Shown piece by piece: positions 19,296 through 30,918 of a DNA stretch of 64,000 bases; position 1 is the stretch's first letter, and the number at the start of each line of letters is the position of its first letter. The notes under the pieces were generated by a model. That model saw nothing but the letters and a program-made list of their open reading frames with translations. It was not told the DNA's origin and did no database searches. Both the position numbers and the translations under genes were made by a program. Where the stretch lies: contig OZ240241.1 of the NCBI GenBank assembly GCA_965198115.1, forward strand, positions 3,040,001 through 3,104,000. The letters run 5' to 3'. This DNA is from Candidatus Latescibacterota bacterium (GTDB lineage: Bacteria; Latescibacterota; UBA2968).

Positions 19296-20417
19296 TCACC
19301 CGCTCAAGACCTGACGCATCCGCTCCGCGACTTCGTGCTGCTCACCAGCCCGCATGTTGTGCGCGTTGATAACAATCGTGTCGTCGCCGTTCGTACTCAA
19401 GTGAATGCGGGGCGTTCCGCTGTCCAACTCCTCGGCCACTTTTGCGGCGTCCTTCCCGAGCACGTCTTTGTCTATCACGAAGTGACACCCCAACGCGACG
19501 AAACTGTTATTCCGAACGGACTTCATCTCCTTAACCGTCGGGATGCCCTCCAGTCGCCGCATGATGTCGTCGTACATCTCCTGCATATCTGCGATTCGTT
19601 TGTCGTGGTCCATCCCGAGCCAGTTGTCGAACGCCGCGACGAACCCCAGAACCTCCTGCCGATCCACCTTCATCCCCCGACCGAACGGGCGCGGACCGAT
19701 GAACCCGTGATCGACGGCGGCTTCGACCAACTCCCGCTTTCCGCACAAAAAGCCCGTCGAGTGAGGCGCCTGGAAGTACTTACCGCCGAAGCAGACCAGA
19801 TCGGCGGAGCGTGCGTTCTCGATGAACTCGTCAAGCGGATAGATCTGGGCGGCCGCGTCGGCGATCACCGGAACCCCGTGGCTGTGCGAGATCTCGATCA
19901 CTTCATCCAGCGACGGACATTCCGGATTCGGATCCGATTTGATGAGGAAAGCGCAGGCGGCGGTATTGGGGCCGAAAGCCGTGTTCAGCTCTTCCGTCGT
20001 CGTGCCCGAGTCATCTCCCACCAGGACCATCTTCGCCCCGGCGATCGTGTAGGCGCGGTCGTAACCGTAGCGATGCTTCTGCATCAGCAAAACTTCGTTC
20101 TTCATTCCGGTCGTATCGGGCAACTGATCGGCCAACTCGCGATCCTTGCCGGTCATGCACGCGGCCACGCTCAAGACGAGTGCCCCGTAGCAGCCCGAGG
20201 TGATGTAGGCCGCCTCCACGCCCAACTGCTTGGCAAGATGTTCCCCAGTCACTTCTAGCAGTTCACGCATTTCAACGAATCCTACGTTGCCGTCTTCCAA
20301 GGCTTGAAGCACCTCGGGATAGGGCTTCGACCCGCCCCACGCCGTTACGCTGCCGCTCGCGTTCACGACGCGACGCGCACCGAACTGCTCATAAATCTGA
20401 CTCTTAGCTTCGGCCAT
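19296..20417 (-). CDS. SelA-like PLP-dependent enzyme (DgaE-like)
   Basis: VVNASGSVTAWGGS, ADAAAQ, FGGKYF (PLP lysine) and GRGMKV motifs. Confidence 0.85.
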   Translation of the reverse strand: MAEAKSQIYEQFGARRVVNASGSVTAWGGSKPYPEVLQALEDGNVGFVEMRELLEVTGEHLAKQLGVEAAYITSGCYGALVLSVAACMTGKDRELADQLPDTTGMKNEVLLMQKHRYGYDRAYTIAGAKMVLVGDDSGTTTEELNTAFGPNTAACAFLIKSDPNPECPSLDEVIEISHSHGVPVIADAAAQIYPLDEFIENARSADLVCFGGKYFQAPHSTGFLCGKRELVEAAVDHGFIGPRPFGRGMKVDRQEVLGFVAAFDNWLGMDHDKRIADMQEMYDDIMRRLEGIPTVKEMKSVRNNSFVALGCHFVIDKDVLGKDAAKVAEELDSGTPRIHLSTNGDDTIVINAHNMRAGEQHEVAERMRQVLSG

Positions 20418-20569
20418 TGCTTTCTCCTTTTGGCACGTGTAACTGGCCTCGAAACAACGAGCTATTTCGATGACCGACACTTCGACTCACGCTCAGTGTG
20501 ACGCTATTTCTAGATGAGGGAACACTGAACACTGACAACTGGGTGCGGCAAGCGACCCAGGCTGTGGAC

Positions 20570-23500
20570 TCAGGCTGACAGAAAAGCGGTCAGCGTCCAG
20601 CAGATGGCTGCACAACCGGCTGCGAAACTCGCCTGTGGAATCCGTGTCTTCACGTGGTCCATCAGATCGCAACCGGTCGATATGGAACTAAGTACCGTTG
20701 TATCCGAGATGGGCGAACATTGGTCGCCGAATACGCTGCCGTCCATCACCGCGGCGAAGCAGATCGTCATGTAAAATTCGGGATGGGCGAAACCATTCGC
20801 GCCTGCCACCGCCCACGCCAGCGGGAAGGCTACGGCATACGTCCCCCAGCTGGTGCCGGTCGAGAACGCGATGATGATCGTCAGCACCTGCAGTATCACC
20901 GGCAGCAGCCAGAATGGGACGGAATCGCTGAGCAGGTGTACGAGGTAGGCGCCGCCACCGGCCTCCTTGCTCACGCCGCCGATCGTGATGGCGAGCAACA
21001 GGATCACCGAGCCGCCAACCACACCCTTCATGCCATCGGTGATGCCGTTCATCAAGTCCTTAAGCGCCATGCCCTTTCCGAGAGCGAGCAAGGCCGCAAC
21101 CAGAAGAGCAATCCCGAACGCCCACAGCACGTTCGGTGAACCGAAGGCGACGAACGTCCCGATCGCGATTCCGATCAGCAGAACGAGCGGAAGCACGAAA
21201 TCGATCAGGTGTGGCTTGTAGCCCTCTGGGACGTGCGCGGACTGCAACTCGGCCGCGGACAGCGGATTCGAACCGGGATCATCCAGCTGACCGGTCGACC
21301 GGGAGCGCTCAATGGCTGCCACCATCCGCTTCCCCAGGAACAGGGGTTTCTCGATGCTCAGGAGAAACGTACCGAGCACGGCAAAAATCGCATAGAAACA
21401 GAACGGCACACTTTTAAATGGCTCTATCCGGGTTTCTCAACGGTGAAACTATAGAATGACAAGGTCATAGATCGTTCCCTACGCTTGGTTGTGTGTGTAG
21501 GACAATCAAAGCGAAGGGGGTGCGACCTATGACCGGGAGCAGATTACTATCGAAACTGCTGAGATTCAAGGGGTTCCGTGTTGTCAGCTGGTGGTTTGAG
21601 GGGAGAAGCTGCTTCGTCATCGCCGTAAAGCCACATAAGAATGGTTGTTGTTGTCCGGAGTGCGGCCGTCGAGGTAAAATCGTCCGCACAATGCCCCATC
21701 CGCGTCGGTGGCGTGACATTCCGGTGTGCGGGTGGAGGGTCTGGCTTCTCTACCATCCTCGGGAGATTCGGTGTCCTACCCACGGTCGTGTGGTCGAGGA
21801 GATTCCGTGGGCGGAGCGGTTCTCTCGGGTGACGTATCGCTTCGAGTATGCCATGCTGCGCTACTGCCAGACCATGACGCAGAAGGCGGCGTCCGAGTTG
21901 CTGCGCATCTCTGCCTCGACGCTGTCGGATCTCCTTCACCGATCCATCACGCGGCTTCGTGAAGGTCATCGTATCCGAGGGCTCAAAACCATCGGGATCG
22001 ACGAGATCTCCTACGCCAAGCGTCACAGGTACGCCACGCTCGTTTACGATCTGGACCGCTCCTGCGTGGGTGTGGGTTGGCCGCGGCAGGGCGCGTAAAA
22101 CGATCGATCGGTTCTTCACAGAGGCTCTCAGTCCCTACCAGAGATCCAAGATCGAGTGGGCCTGCTGCGACATGAGCGAAGCTTACATCGGAGCCATCCA
22201 GGAATATTGTCCGAATGCCAAGCTGGTCCTCGATCGCTTTCACATCGTCAAGGCTCTCAATGCCGCCGTTGACGAGGTCCGTAAGGACCAGTGGCGTAAA
22301 GCTGCCCCGGATGAGCGCAAAGCCATGAAGGGCCTCCGATGGCTCCTCTACCGGCACTCAGCGACACGCTCCAGAGGGGATACTCGGACACTCAAAGCAC
22401 TGGAGAAGGCGAACTACCGAATCTATAGAGCCTGGAGACTCAAGGACGAGTTCGAGCAGTTCTGGGAATACAAAGCGCCCTGGGCTGCCGAACGCTTCCT
22501 GAAATGCTGGACGACGTCCGCACTCAGAAGTCGACTTGAACCCCTGCGAAAGTTCGTCAGGACCCTGCGACAGCACTTCTTCGGCGTCCTCGCATTCGTG
22601 AACACGCGTCTTACCAACGCCATCGCCGAAGGCCTCAACCGAATCGTCCAAATCGTCAAGAACCGAGCCAGCGGATTCCGCACACTCGACGCATTCAACG
22701 ATATGATCTTCCTTACCGTCGGAGACATAAACATCCCTGAGCAGATTCCGAAGAGGTTCCGCACACGCTAACCGCGCCCCCATGCCAGGAACCACGGCAC
22801 CTTCACCCACTTCATCTCGTTGAGAGATCCGGATATAGCCGTTTAAAGAAGAAAACAATCCTATCAGCCTCCGTCGCAAGAAAGCTGACACCCGCTACGT
22901 AAATGAAGGCCTGGATGTAGCTAGGCCACGCGTTGAACGCGAGCTGAGACGCGATCGGAGATGCCGTCGAATCGACAATGTAGGATAGCTCTTCGTGGCT
23001 GACGTTTTGATCGTCCGCGAGCGGTTTGACCGTCGTCCCGACCAGTACAGTACTCACGGTCCCACCCTGGAAGAAAACGATCCCCAGACACCAGGCCACC
23101 AGCTTCGCGGATTTCGGGCCCCGCACGAACCGGCGCGCCATGAACTCGGCGAAAGCCTGGGCGCCACCGGACCTGGACCACACGCCGAGGAGACCGCCCA
23201 GCAGCCACAGATACAACACCAGCACGCTCGCCGCAGCCGTGGTCGAAAGAGACGCCACTAACACGTCACCCGTCAGGTCGTATCGTCCAAGGACGAGGGC
23301 CCCAGAGACCACGCCACCGAGCAGCGATGTGATCGGCTCCTTCGTGATCCAGCACAGAACGATCGCCACGAGGGCCGGCAAGAGTGACCAATGCGCAAAG
23401 TGTGAACGCAGGTCGAGCCGGTAATACGATCGCCCGTTGTCCCCATCGCGCCACACGAACTCGTGCGAAATGTCGGGAGTCGTTTCCAGCCGCGCAGGAT

Positions 23501-23726
23501 GAAGCATCGCCTCGCCGAACGCGACCACGTCGCTTAGATTCCTCGGTTTCCCGCGCTCGATAAAATAGAGTCCCCCCGCATCGTCCTCGTGCACGTCCAA
23601 TCGTGTTTCGTCGACCGACAGGGTCGGCTGAACGCTCGTGCCGACCCAGAAGGACGTGGCCAGACCGACCAAGAGGATCCAGACCACTTTCTTGTCGATC
23701 AGGAACTGCTTCAGCGATGTGCTCAT
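20570..23726 (-). pseudogene. NhaC-family Na+/H+ antiporter-like transporter interrupted by ISL3 copy 2
   Basis: N-part 22841-23726 (EELSYIVDSTASP) and C-part 20570-21419 ([21 protein letters not shown]) rejoin in frame as [13 protein letters not shown]. Confidence 0.9.
21420..22840 (+). mobile_element. ISL3-family IS, copy 2 (1421 bp; transposase has +1 G frameshift near 22069)
   Basis: Near-identical to copy 1 with the same IRs. Flanks TTTTAAAT / GTTTAAAG (imperfect TSD). Confidence 0.95.
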
Positions 23727-23825
23727 TCAATCCCTTTCGTGGCAGGCGAGTAACCGAACGTTGTGCGCCGCACCAATCAGGGCAGACAACCGGGATCAGG
23801 CAAGGACCTAATTCGCACAGGTCAT

Positions 23826-25190
23826 CTACCGCATCGCCTCGATCCGACGACGGTACTCATCCGGATCACCGGGCCATTCGACGATCTCTGCGTTCTGCGC
23901 GTTCGACGTGGGCAACCATTCGGCGTGCGTGTCCTTCACGGTCTGCAATGACGGATCCCCGGCCAGGTTGGTCCACTCGAACTCATCCGCATGGTGGTCG
24001 TAGAGCTCCTCGGACCCGTCCGCATACCGGATATAGCGCCAGCGCTCCGAACGCACCGCGTGATTGCCTCGACCGTACGTCGTGACCGAAGGGCATTCCC
24101 AGTCTCGTTCCGGATTCTCCAAAAGTGGCCGGATGCTTTGACCCTCGAGTTCGGCCCTCTCGGGAAGACCACATAGGTCCGACAACGTCGGGTAGACATC
24201 GATCAGGCCGACGGGTTTGCTGCATCGACCACGTGCGAAGCCGGGTGCCGAAATGAGCAGTGGTACCCGTGTCGCTTCCTCCCACAGGGTACTCTTCTTC
24301 CAGTGCTGTTTTTCACCCAGGTGCCATCCGTGATCGGCCCATAGAACAACGACGGTGTTGTCCGCGTGAGCACTCGCCTCGAGGCCCGCCATCAACCGGC
24401 CGATTTGCGCATCGGCAAAGTGGATGCAGGCCAGGTAGGCGGCCACCGCATCCGCCCACCTACCTTCGTCCCGAAGTCGTGCGTGAACGTTCGCATTCAC
24501 CCAACGTCGTGCAACGTCTGCCACATCGTCCAGATCATCCTCACGCACGTCCGGAAGCCGCGTTGAGGATGGATCGAAGCGCTCGCAATAGCTCCTTGGC
24601 GTAACCCACGTCAGATGCGTCACCGTCTGACCGCACGTCAGAAAGAAAGGTCGATCGTGGTCTTGCCCGAGTTGATCCAGGCAATAGTCCACGGCCTGGT
24701 AGTCGGTCATCTCCTTCTCGTCGACGTCAAGGGCCCCCCAGTCTACGTTGCCCATGTCGACCATTCTGTTCAGTGGGCCTTCGTAAAACGGAGCCGGCGG
24801 TGTTTGATTGTATAGACCAGGCGAGTAGCTGTCCCACGACGCCGGATCTGGGAACTTGCCGTGATAGACCTTCCCACAGCCCGTGGCCACATACCCGTTC
24901 GCCCGAAAATGCTGAGGCAGCGTTACGCACGTTCGCCCGACCTCCGAGAAACGGAACGGTTGTCGATTGTTGTAAACCCCGGTCGTGGATGGACGCAACC
25001 CCGACATCAGACTGGCCCGTGACGGATTGCAGATCGGCGCCTGACAGTAGGCACGCTCGAACACCATACTCCGCTCGGCCAGGCGATTGAGATTGGGCGT
25101 GACCGCGTCGGGATGCCGCCCGAGGAATCCGACATAGTGATTCATGTCGTCGAACGAAATGAACAGCACGTTGTATGCGTCACCGGACAT
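23826..25190 (-). CDS. Cys-type sulfatase (iduronate-2-sulfatase/choline-sulfatase-like)
   Basis: NVLFISFDDMN, CNPSRASLMSG, GKVYH and WADHGWHLGEK motifs. Confidence 0.9.
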   Translation of the reverse strand: MSGDAYNVLFISFDDMNHYVGFLGRHPDAVTPNLNRLAERSMVFERAYCQAPICNPSRASLMSGLRPSTTGVYNNRQPFRFSEVGRTCVTLPQHFRANGYVATGCGKVYHGKFPDPASWDSYSPGLYNQTPPAPFYEGPLNRMVDMGNVDWGALDVDEKEMTDYQAVDYCLDQLGQDHDRPFFLTCGQTVTHLTWVTPRSYCERFDPSSTRLPDVREDDLDDVADVARRWVNANVHARLRDEGRWADAVAAYLACIHFADAQIGRLMAGLEASAHADNTVVVLWADHGWHLGEKQHWKKSTLWEEATRVPLLISAPGFARGRCSKPVGLIDVYPTLSDLCGLPERAELEGQSIRPLLENPERDWECPSVTTYGRGNHAVRSERWRYIRYADGSEELYDHHADEFEWTNLAGDPSLQTVKDTHAEWLPTSNAQNAEIVEWPGDPDEYRRRIEAMR

Positions 25191-25321
25191 GGGACCTACT
25201 TGACAATCGATCCACGTGCACTCTCGCTTCACACCACCATTGCGTTCTGCTTGCTTCCGGTCAATCTACACGTATCACAAGACCACCGCAACTTATGGGA
25301 CCAACGCTTTTCGGAGACGAC

Positions 25322-26526
25322 ATGACCGAATCCGATCGTAAAAACATTCTCGAGGCACATCGCCCCGACCGACTCTTTCCGGGCGAACCTCAGCTCGGCG
25401 GCTGGTATACAGAGGAAGAGATCGACGCAACCGTCGACGCCATCCGGAGCTCCACGGACTATCGCATCGGATTCGGATTCATCGTCGAAGAGATTACACA
25501 ATTCGAGGAGGCCTTCGCCCGCTATTGTGGAACTGACTTCGCCGTCTCCGTCAGCACGGCGAGTGTCGGTCTCGACATGGCGGTGCGCGCCCTCGACCTC
25601 CAACCCGGAGACGAAGTGATCGTCCCGGCCATCAACTTCAAAGCGTCCGCACTGGCCATCCTCGGCGCGGGCGGCACGCCCATCTTCTGCGAGATCGACC
25701 CCAGAACCTTTTGCGCGGACCCCGCAGACGTGGCCAGACGCATCACCCCACGAACGCGGGCGATTCTGCCCGTCCACATGAACGGTCTTTCGGCAGCCAC
25801 GGACGAGCTCGTCGAAGTCGCTGATTCACACGGCTCGCCAGAGGCCCCGATTCGCGTCATCGGTGATGCTGCGCGGGCGTGTGGTGGAGGTACAAGGGAG
25901 GAAAGATCGGTAAGGCAGGCTGGGCGACCGTTTTCAGTTTCCACACGATGAAACTCATGTCGACCCTCGGCGAGGGCGGCATGATCACGACGGATGACCC
26001 AGAGTTCGCTCGTCAACTCCGTGGGATGCGTCAGTGGGGTGGTGAATCAGAGGGATGGGGCTCGAGCTACAAACTGACGAAGGTGCAGGCCGCCGTCGGG
26101 AGCGTTCGGCTCAGGCGGCTCGACGAGATGCTGGCGCTGCGAGGGAAACGGGCAAAGGAGCGGATCGCCCTCCTCGAAGGCCTGCCGTATCACACCATGC
26201 CCTACGAACCGCCGGATTGTACCCACACCTACTACCTCTTCACGCTGCTCGCGCCTCCTGAGTGGGCAGGTCCCAGGCGAGATCGAATGATCGAAATCCT
26301 TCGCGACGATTACCTTGTGGGCTGCATGGTCGGGAACCCACCCGTCTGGGAAGGGCATCCCCTTCTACGACAGGTGGCGCAGGGTCAGATCGAACACTTG
26401 CCCGTTACAGAGGACATCGGCCGGCGGCTCTTCTGCGTCGGTCTGCATCCCCAGATGACCGAGGAGGATAATGCCTACATCGCGGCGGCCATCTGGGAGA
26501 CAACTGCACGGGTGGAACGAGAGTAA
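25322..26526 (+). CDS. DegT/DnrJ/EryC1/StrS aminotransferase (1-nt frameshift near 25890)
   Basis: PGDEVIVP, ILPVHMNG and DAARACG, then FSFHTMKLMSTLGEGG in the next frame. Confidence 0.85.
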
Positions 26527-26591
26527 CGGGGACTTCAACGCAGGGGACGGAGAGAGAAGCCTAGTATGGTGGTAACGGCATCACCGACCGA

Positions 26592-26801
26592 TCATCCTGA
26601 GTTGGTGGCTCGCCGACGGCCATTCCGGTGCTGTGGCGAGTTTGGATGATCACCATATCGAAGGACGATCGGTCGTCCTTCGATATGGCCACCGGCCGTC
26701 CCTTCGACTCCGCTCAGGGCAAGCTCTTCGATACGACCTGTCAACGGTTGTCCTAAATGGCCTTCGCAGACTGCCTTTCGTGGCAAGGTCACTCAGGATG
26801 A
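26592..26801. repeat. REPIN/MITE-like palindromic element (family A), copy 2, opposite orientation
   Basis: Terminal IR TCATCCTGAG/CTCAGGATGA. Internal hairpin CCATATCGAAGGACGA...TCGTCCTTCGATATGG. Lies between convergent genes. Confidence 0.7.
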
Positions 26802-26860
26802 CCGGTGGTTAGCGATGGTCCGGCTTCTAATTTCTCGTGTGCATTCAAAAGCAAGATGAC

Positions 26861-28159
26861 TCACCGTCGCTCGAAGGCTTCGCCCGACGCCGCATGCGTA
26901 TCCATCTCGCCTACAGCAACTCCTGCACCGATCTCCACCGATCCGAAGACCCCGTCGTAGCCCGGTGTGATGTGCACGTGACCCTCCCTCATTCGGCAGA
27001 TCACTTCGGCAATTTCGCCGAACCCGGCCTTTGCGATCGAATCCGTCGGAATGCTCCGCAAGATTTCCAGCTCCGGTCCGAGCGAATTCAGCATCGTCTC
27101 ATAGATACCCTGCACGCGTTTGGAACTTGGCCCGACGTCGACGACAACGGAGATCAGCTCAGAAAGACCGATCAGGCTTTCGAAATGCACGACACGCTCC
27201 GTGTTGCCTTCGTCCCTGTCGGCGAGTTGCTCGATCCGGTTCAACACGCCCATCGTAAGGGGTTTCCCACACACAGGGCACAGTGCTTCCGCAGCCGCAC
27301 TTTCCCTCGGGGATAGGCAGACATCGCACTTCCGGTGTCCGTCGTAGTGGTATTTCCCCTCCTCCGAAAAAAACTCAATCGTGCTGACTCGGGAAAGGTC
27401 GTTCGCTTTTATCACGTGGCGGATGTCGAAGAAGGACAAATCCGCGTCGAAACAGGTCGCTTCCCTACCCAACTTCTTCGGTGAGTGAGCGTCCGAGTTG
27501 GAAACGAGCGCGAAATCATCCAACATCGACAGGCGACCGTTCATCGCAGGGTCCGACGACAAACCGGTTTCCACGGCGTGGATGTGAGGGAGCATATCTT
27601 CGAAGCATTCCTCGAGCGAGTCGAACCCCGACCGCGCACCCAGAGCCGAAAAGTGGGGTGTCCAGATGTGGGCGGGGACGAACAGCACGTCTTCGGATGC
27701 CTCGAGACAGATTTCGACCAGGTCTCGACTTTCCAGACCCAGTATCGGACGACCGTCGGACTTCAAGTTTCCAATCGACGACAGACGCGCATTGAGCCGG
27801 TCCACGGCGTCGAAATCGGGCATCATCACCACGTGATGCACCTTCCGCGTTCGATCTTCCTTCTTGTAGATCAGACTGATCTCGACCGTAAGCATGAATC
27901 GAACATCCCGTTGACAACTCTCCGGAACGGTCTCTTCGACAGGTCGTAGCAGTCCCCTTCTCAGTCGGCAGAGCCCTTCCCCATCAGGCTCCAACCTCTC
28001 TTTCAGCTCGGCGAGCCAGACCGGATGCGTAAAGTCACCGGTCCCGACCACGTCGATGCCCTTCAGAGCGCTCCACCGATGCAGGTTCTCGCACGTGAGA
28101 TCCTTGCTCGTAGCCATGCTGAACCGCGAATGGAGGTGAAGATCGGCGGTGAATTTCAA
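26861..28159 (-). CDS. Endonuclease Q family PHP-domain protein
   Basis: ADLHLHSRFS, GTGDFTHP, AHIWTPHF, SNSDAHS, GKYHYDGHRKC and CPVCG motifs. Confidence 0.85.
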   Translation of the reverse strand: MKFTADLHLHSRFSMATSKDLTCENLHRWSALKGIDVVGTGDFTHPVWLAELKERLEPDGEGLCRLRRGLLRPVEETVPESCQRDVRFMLTVEISLIYKKEDRTRKVHHVVMMPDFDAVDRLNARLSSIGNLKSDGRPILGLESRDLVEICLEASEDVLFVPAHIWTPHFSALGARSGFDSLEECFEDMLPHIHAVETGLSSDPAMNGRLSMLDDFALVSNSDAHSPKKLGREATCFDADLSFFDIRHVIKANDLSRVSTIEFFSEEGKYHYDGHRKCDVCLSPRESAAAEALCPVCGKPLTMGVLNRIEQLADRDEGNTERVVHFESLIGLSELISVVVDVGPSSKRVQGIYETMLNSLGPELEILRSIPTDSIAKAGFGEIAEVICRMREGHVHITPGYDGVFGSVEIGAGVAVGEMDTHAASGEAFERR

Positions 28160-28325
28160 GTCATTTCCCCGCGTCGAAATGATCTAGTAGCAATCAGTTG
28201 ACCCGTTTCAAATGTCTTTGCAATTAAGTGCCGAGGGGCACGTTCCCTTGAATCTGGTAGCAGCCTCCGGTTGCAACGCTCCACCCTATCTTGACTACCC
28301 TGGGCACCGCACCTATTTTCTGCCC

Positions 28326-29159
28326 GTGACCGACACGATCAACATCGGAAAACCCCTGTCCGCCTCCTGCGTCGAGCAGTTCCGCGATGAAGGCTACACG
28401 TTAATCCCATCGTTCTTTTCTGTCCGGGAAATCGAGGCGATGCGTGCGGAACTGGATCGCTTCTGCCGCGAGGATTTGATCAGGAACGTCGCGACGGATG
28501 ATGATGGGGAAACGCACTCTAAGCGGATGCACAATCTTCAGATCTGCCCGATCACACCCAGGAGTGACTTCTACCGATCGCTCCCGTATCACCCGCGTGT
28601 GAGTGCCGCTGTCGGCCAGCTGATCGGGGATCCGTTCGTCTTCTACCTCGACCAGATCTTCCTAAAACCCGCCAGGACGGGCATCGGTACCGATTGGCAC
28701 CAGGACAACGCCTACTTCAAGGTGGCCGACCCGACCAAAGGCACCGCGATGTGGGTCGCCTTGCACGACGCGAACCAGGGAAATGGTACCCTCCACGTCA
28801 TTCCGCGCAGCTACCTCGAAAGCTACGCCCACGATCGGGACCCCCGAAGTGACCATCACATTCACTGTCCCGTGCCCGAAGAGAGGGCCGTCTCCATCGA
28901 ATTACCTGCCGGAGGTGTGGCCTTCTTCAACTACGGAACCGCGCACTCGACGAAAGCCAACCTGAGCGACCTGGACCGCGCGGGTCTGGCCCTCCACTTT
29001 CTCCGAACCGACTTCATCCCCGACCACGTACTCCAGAGCGACAAGCCACGTCGATACGCGCACGTGACGGGACCGGATGCCACGGGCGGTCTAAGCGAGT
29101 ATGGATCGACGATTGCCGGAACCTGGGACGATCAGGTCAACCGTCTGCTCACAACCTGA
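28326..29159 (+). CDS. Phytanoyl-CoA dioxygenase (PhyH) family 2OG-Fe(II) oxygenase
   Basis: WHQDNAYF, WVALHDA...NGTLHVIP and a distal H (TAHST). Start uncertain. Confidence 0.88.
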   Translation: MTDTINIGKPLSASCVEQFRDEGYTLIPSFFSVREIEAMRAELDRFCREDLIRNVATDDDGETHSKRMHNLQICPITPRSDFYRSLPYHPRVSAAVGQLIGDPFVFYLDQIFLKPARTGIGTDWHQDNAYFKVADPTKGTAMWVALHDANQGNGTLHVIPRSYLESYAHDRDPRSDHHIHCPVPEERAVSIELPAGGVAFFNYGTAHSTKANLSDLDRAGLALHFLRTDFIPDHVLQSDKPRRYAHVTGPDATGGLSEYGSTIAGTWDDQVNRLLTT

Positions 29160-29167
29160 CGACCTCA

Positions 29168-30540
29168 ATGAGCATCCAGTATATCGGCCTCGGCGCTTCC
29201 GGCGAAATCGGCGATTCTGCGCACTACCTCGACATCGAAGGCACATCCATCCTCCTCGACGCCGGCGTCCACCCGCGCCACGAGGGTCTGGAAAGTTTGC
29301 CCGACTACGAACGCATCCGCGACGTCGATCTCGAGCCATCCTCGTCTCCCACTGTCACCTGGACCATCTCGGGTCTCTCCCCATCGCTCTCACGTATTTC
29401 CCCCACGCACGTGTCTTTATGTCCGACGCCGGCGCTGCGCTCGCCCCCGTGATGCTCGGACACACCGTCAAAGTCATGGAACGCCTCCGAATAGAGGCAG
29501 GCATCGAGGACTATCCTCTGTACACTCTCGAGGACGTCGACGCCGTGTCCTATGTCTTTCAGGGCGTGCGAACGGACCGTGCTTTTCCCATCTATAGCAC
29601 ACTCCGAGGAGGTGCGGATCTTCAGGCACGACTTTACGATGCGGGTCACATTCTGGGTGCCGTCGGAATCTGGTTGCAGGGAAACGGGCAAACAGTCTTC
29701 TACACGAGTGACACCTGCATCCAGGATCAGGAAATCATCCCCGGCGCCGTCTACCCCGATCGCGTGGACATTCTCATCTGTGAGTGTACGCTCGGGGCCA
29801 ATGAACGGGCCGAGCATCTGACGCGTGACGTTGAAATCGGGAGATTCGCGACGAGCATCAACAAGGTGCTGGACTGGGACGGCACCGTGTTGATTCCGGC
29901 ATTCAGCCTCGGTCGGACACAGGAGATGCTCGCGCTCTTGCACAGGTTGCGGGCGTCCGGGGACATTCGCGACGTTGAAATCTACAGTGCCGGGTTCGGT
30001 TCCCAAATCTCCCGAATCTACGACCGGACCACTGAACGCTCACGACGTCATCGCGACGAGGTCTGGCTCGCCCACCTCGACATTCGGCGTCTCCCTCCCG
30101 GCGACGTGACCCGAGGACGACACATGAAGGAGCCGAGCATTCTCGTCGTCTCCTCCGGCATGATGGCCGAACACACCATGTCTTACAGGATCGCCGAGAA
30201 GATGCTGCCTTACGATCATCACGGTATCTTTTTTGTCGGCTACTGTGACCCGAGCATGCCCGGTCATCGGGTCGCGACGGCAGAAAAGGGCCAGGTCTTG
30301 CAGATGACGGAAGGGGGGCGATCGATACCGGTCGCCTGCCACATCGACCGTTTCCACTTTTCTGCTCATTCCCACAGACGCGACCTGCTGGAACTGATCA
30401 AACGATTGGCCCCCCGCACGCTCCTACTCGTGCACGGCGCCCGCCTGCAGCCGACTGGATGGAATCAGAGGTAAAGGCTTGAGGACCCAGGTATTCGGGT
30501 CGTTCAACCCGAGCGAGGGTGTGAGATCGAACTGGCTTAG
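29168..30540 (+). CDS. MBL-fold beta-CASP hydrolase (RNase-like), several frameshifts
   Basis: LLDAG, SHCHLDHLG, AGHILG, PAFSLGRTQE, SSGM, HFSAH and LVHG. Shifts near 29335 and 30440-30480. Confidence 0.85.
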
Positions 30541-30592
30541 ACGTCGAGAGGAGGAGATCGCTTCAACGGGCAGTCGAATTGGGCTGAAGGCT

Positions 30593-30883
30593 TTACGGCG
30601 GCTCGCTGAATCGTACTTTCTTGATCCGCTCGGCCACGTGGATAGAAGCCTGATTGATTCGTCGGTCCCCGCGATCGAACGTCGACAGCTCCAGATACGG
30701 CAGATTGACAGCTACGATCGTGCCTCTCATCGTTTCACCGCTCTTCATCACAACGCGAACTTCGTCACCGGGCTTCAGCGACTCGAGGTCGTGGACCACC
30801 TGGTAGGATTGGTAGGTGTGGGTGCTCGCACAACCAGCGACGATGACAAGCAAAGCAAGTAGTGTCAGATTGAGACGCTTCAT
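30593..30883 (-). CDS. Small lipoprotein
   Basis: Signal peptide with VAGC lipobox and a beta-rich SH3/Sm-like body. Confidence 0.7.
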   Translation of the reverse strand: MKRLNLTLLALLVIVAGCASTHTYQSYQVVHDLESLKPGDEVRVVMKSGETMRGTIVAVNLPYLELSTFDRGDRRINQASIHVAERIKKVRFSEPP

Positions 30884-30918
30884 AGGTTCGACTCAGAGTG
30901 TGTGCGGTCGATGAATCG

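Noticed and set aside
19296-20417. True selenocysteine synthase selA
   Set aside because: It is shorter than bacterial SelA, no selB/selC/selD lies nearby, and it fits the SelA-like/DgaE group.
22060-22080. Programmed frameshift in the ISL3 transposase
   Set aside because: The other two copies are uninterrupted at this site, so the extra G is a mutation or error.
4055-22840. Composite transposon bounded by ISL3 copies
   Set aside because: Each copy has its own target duplication, so the insertions were independent.
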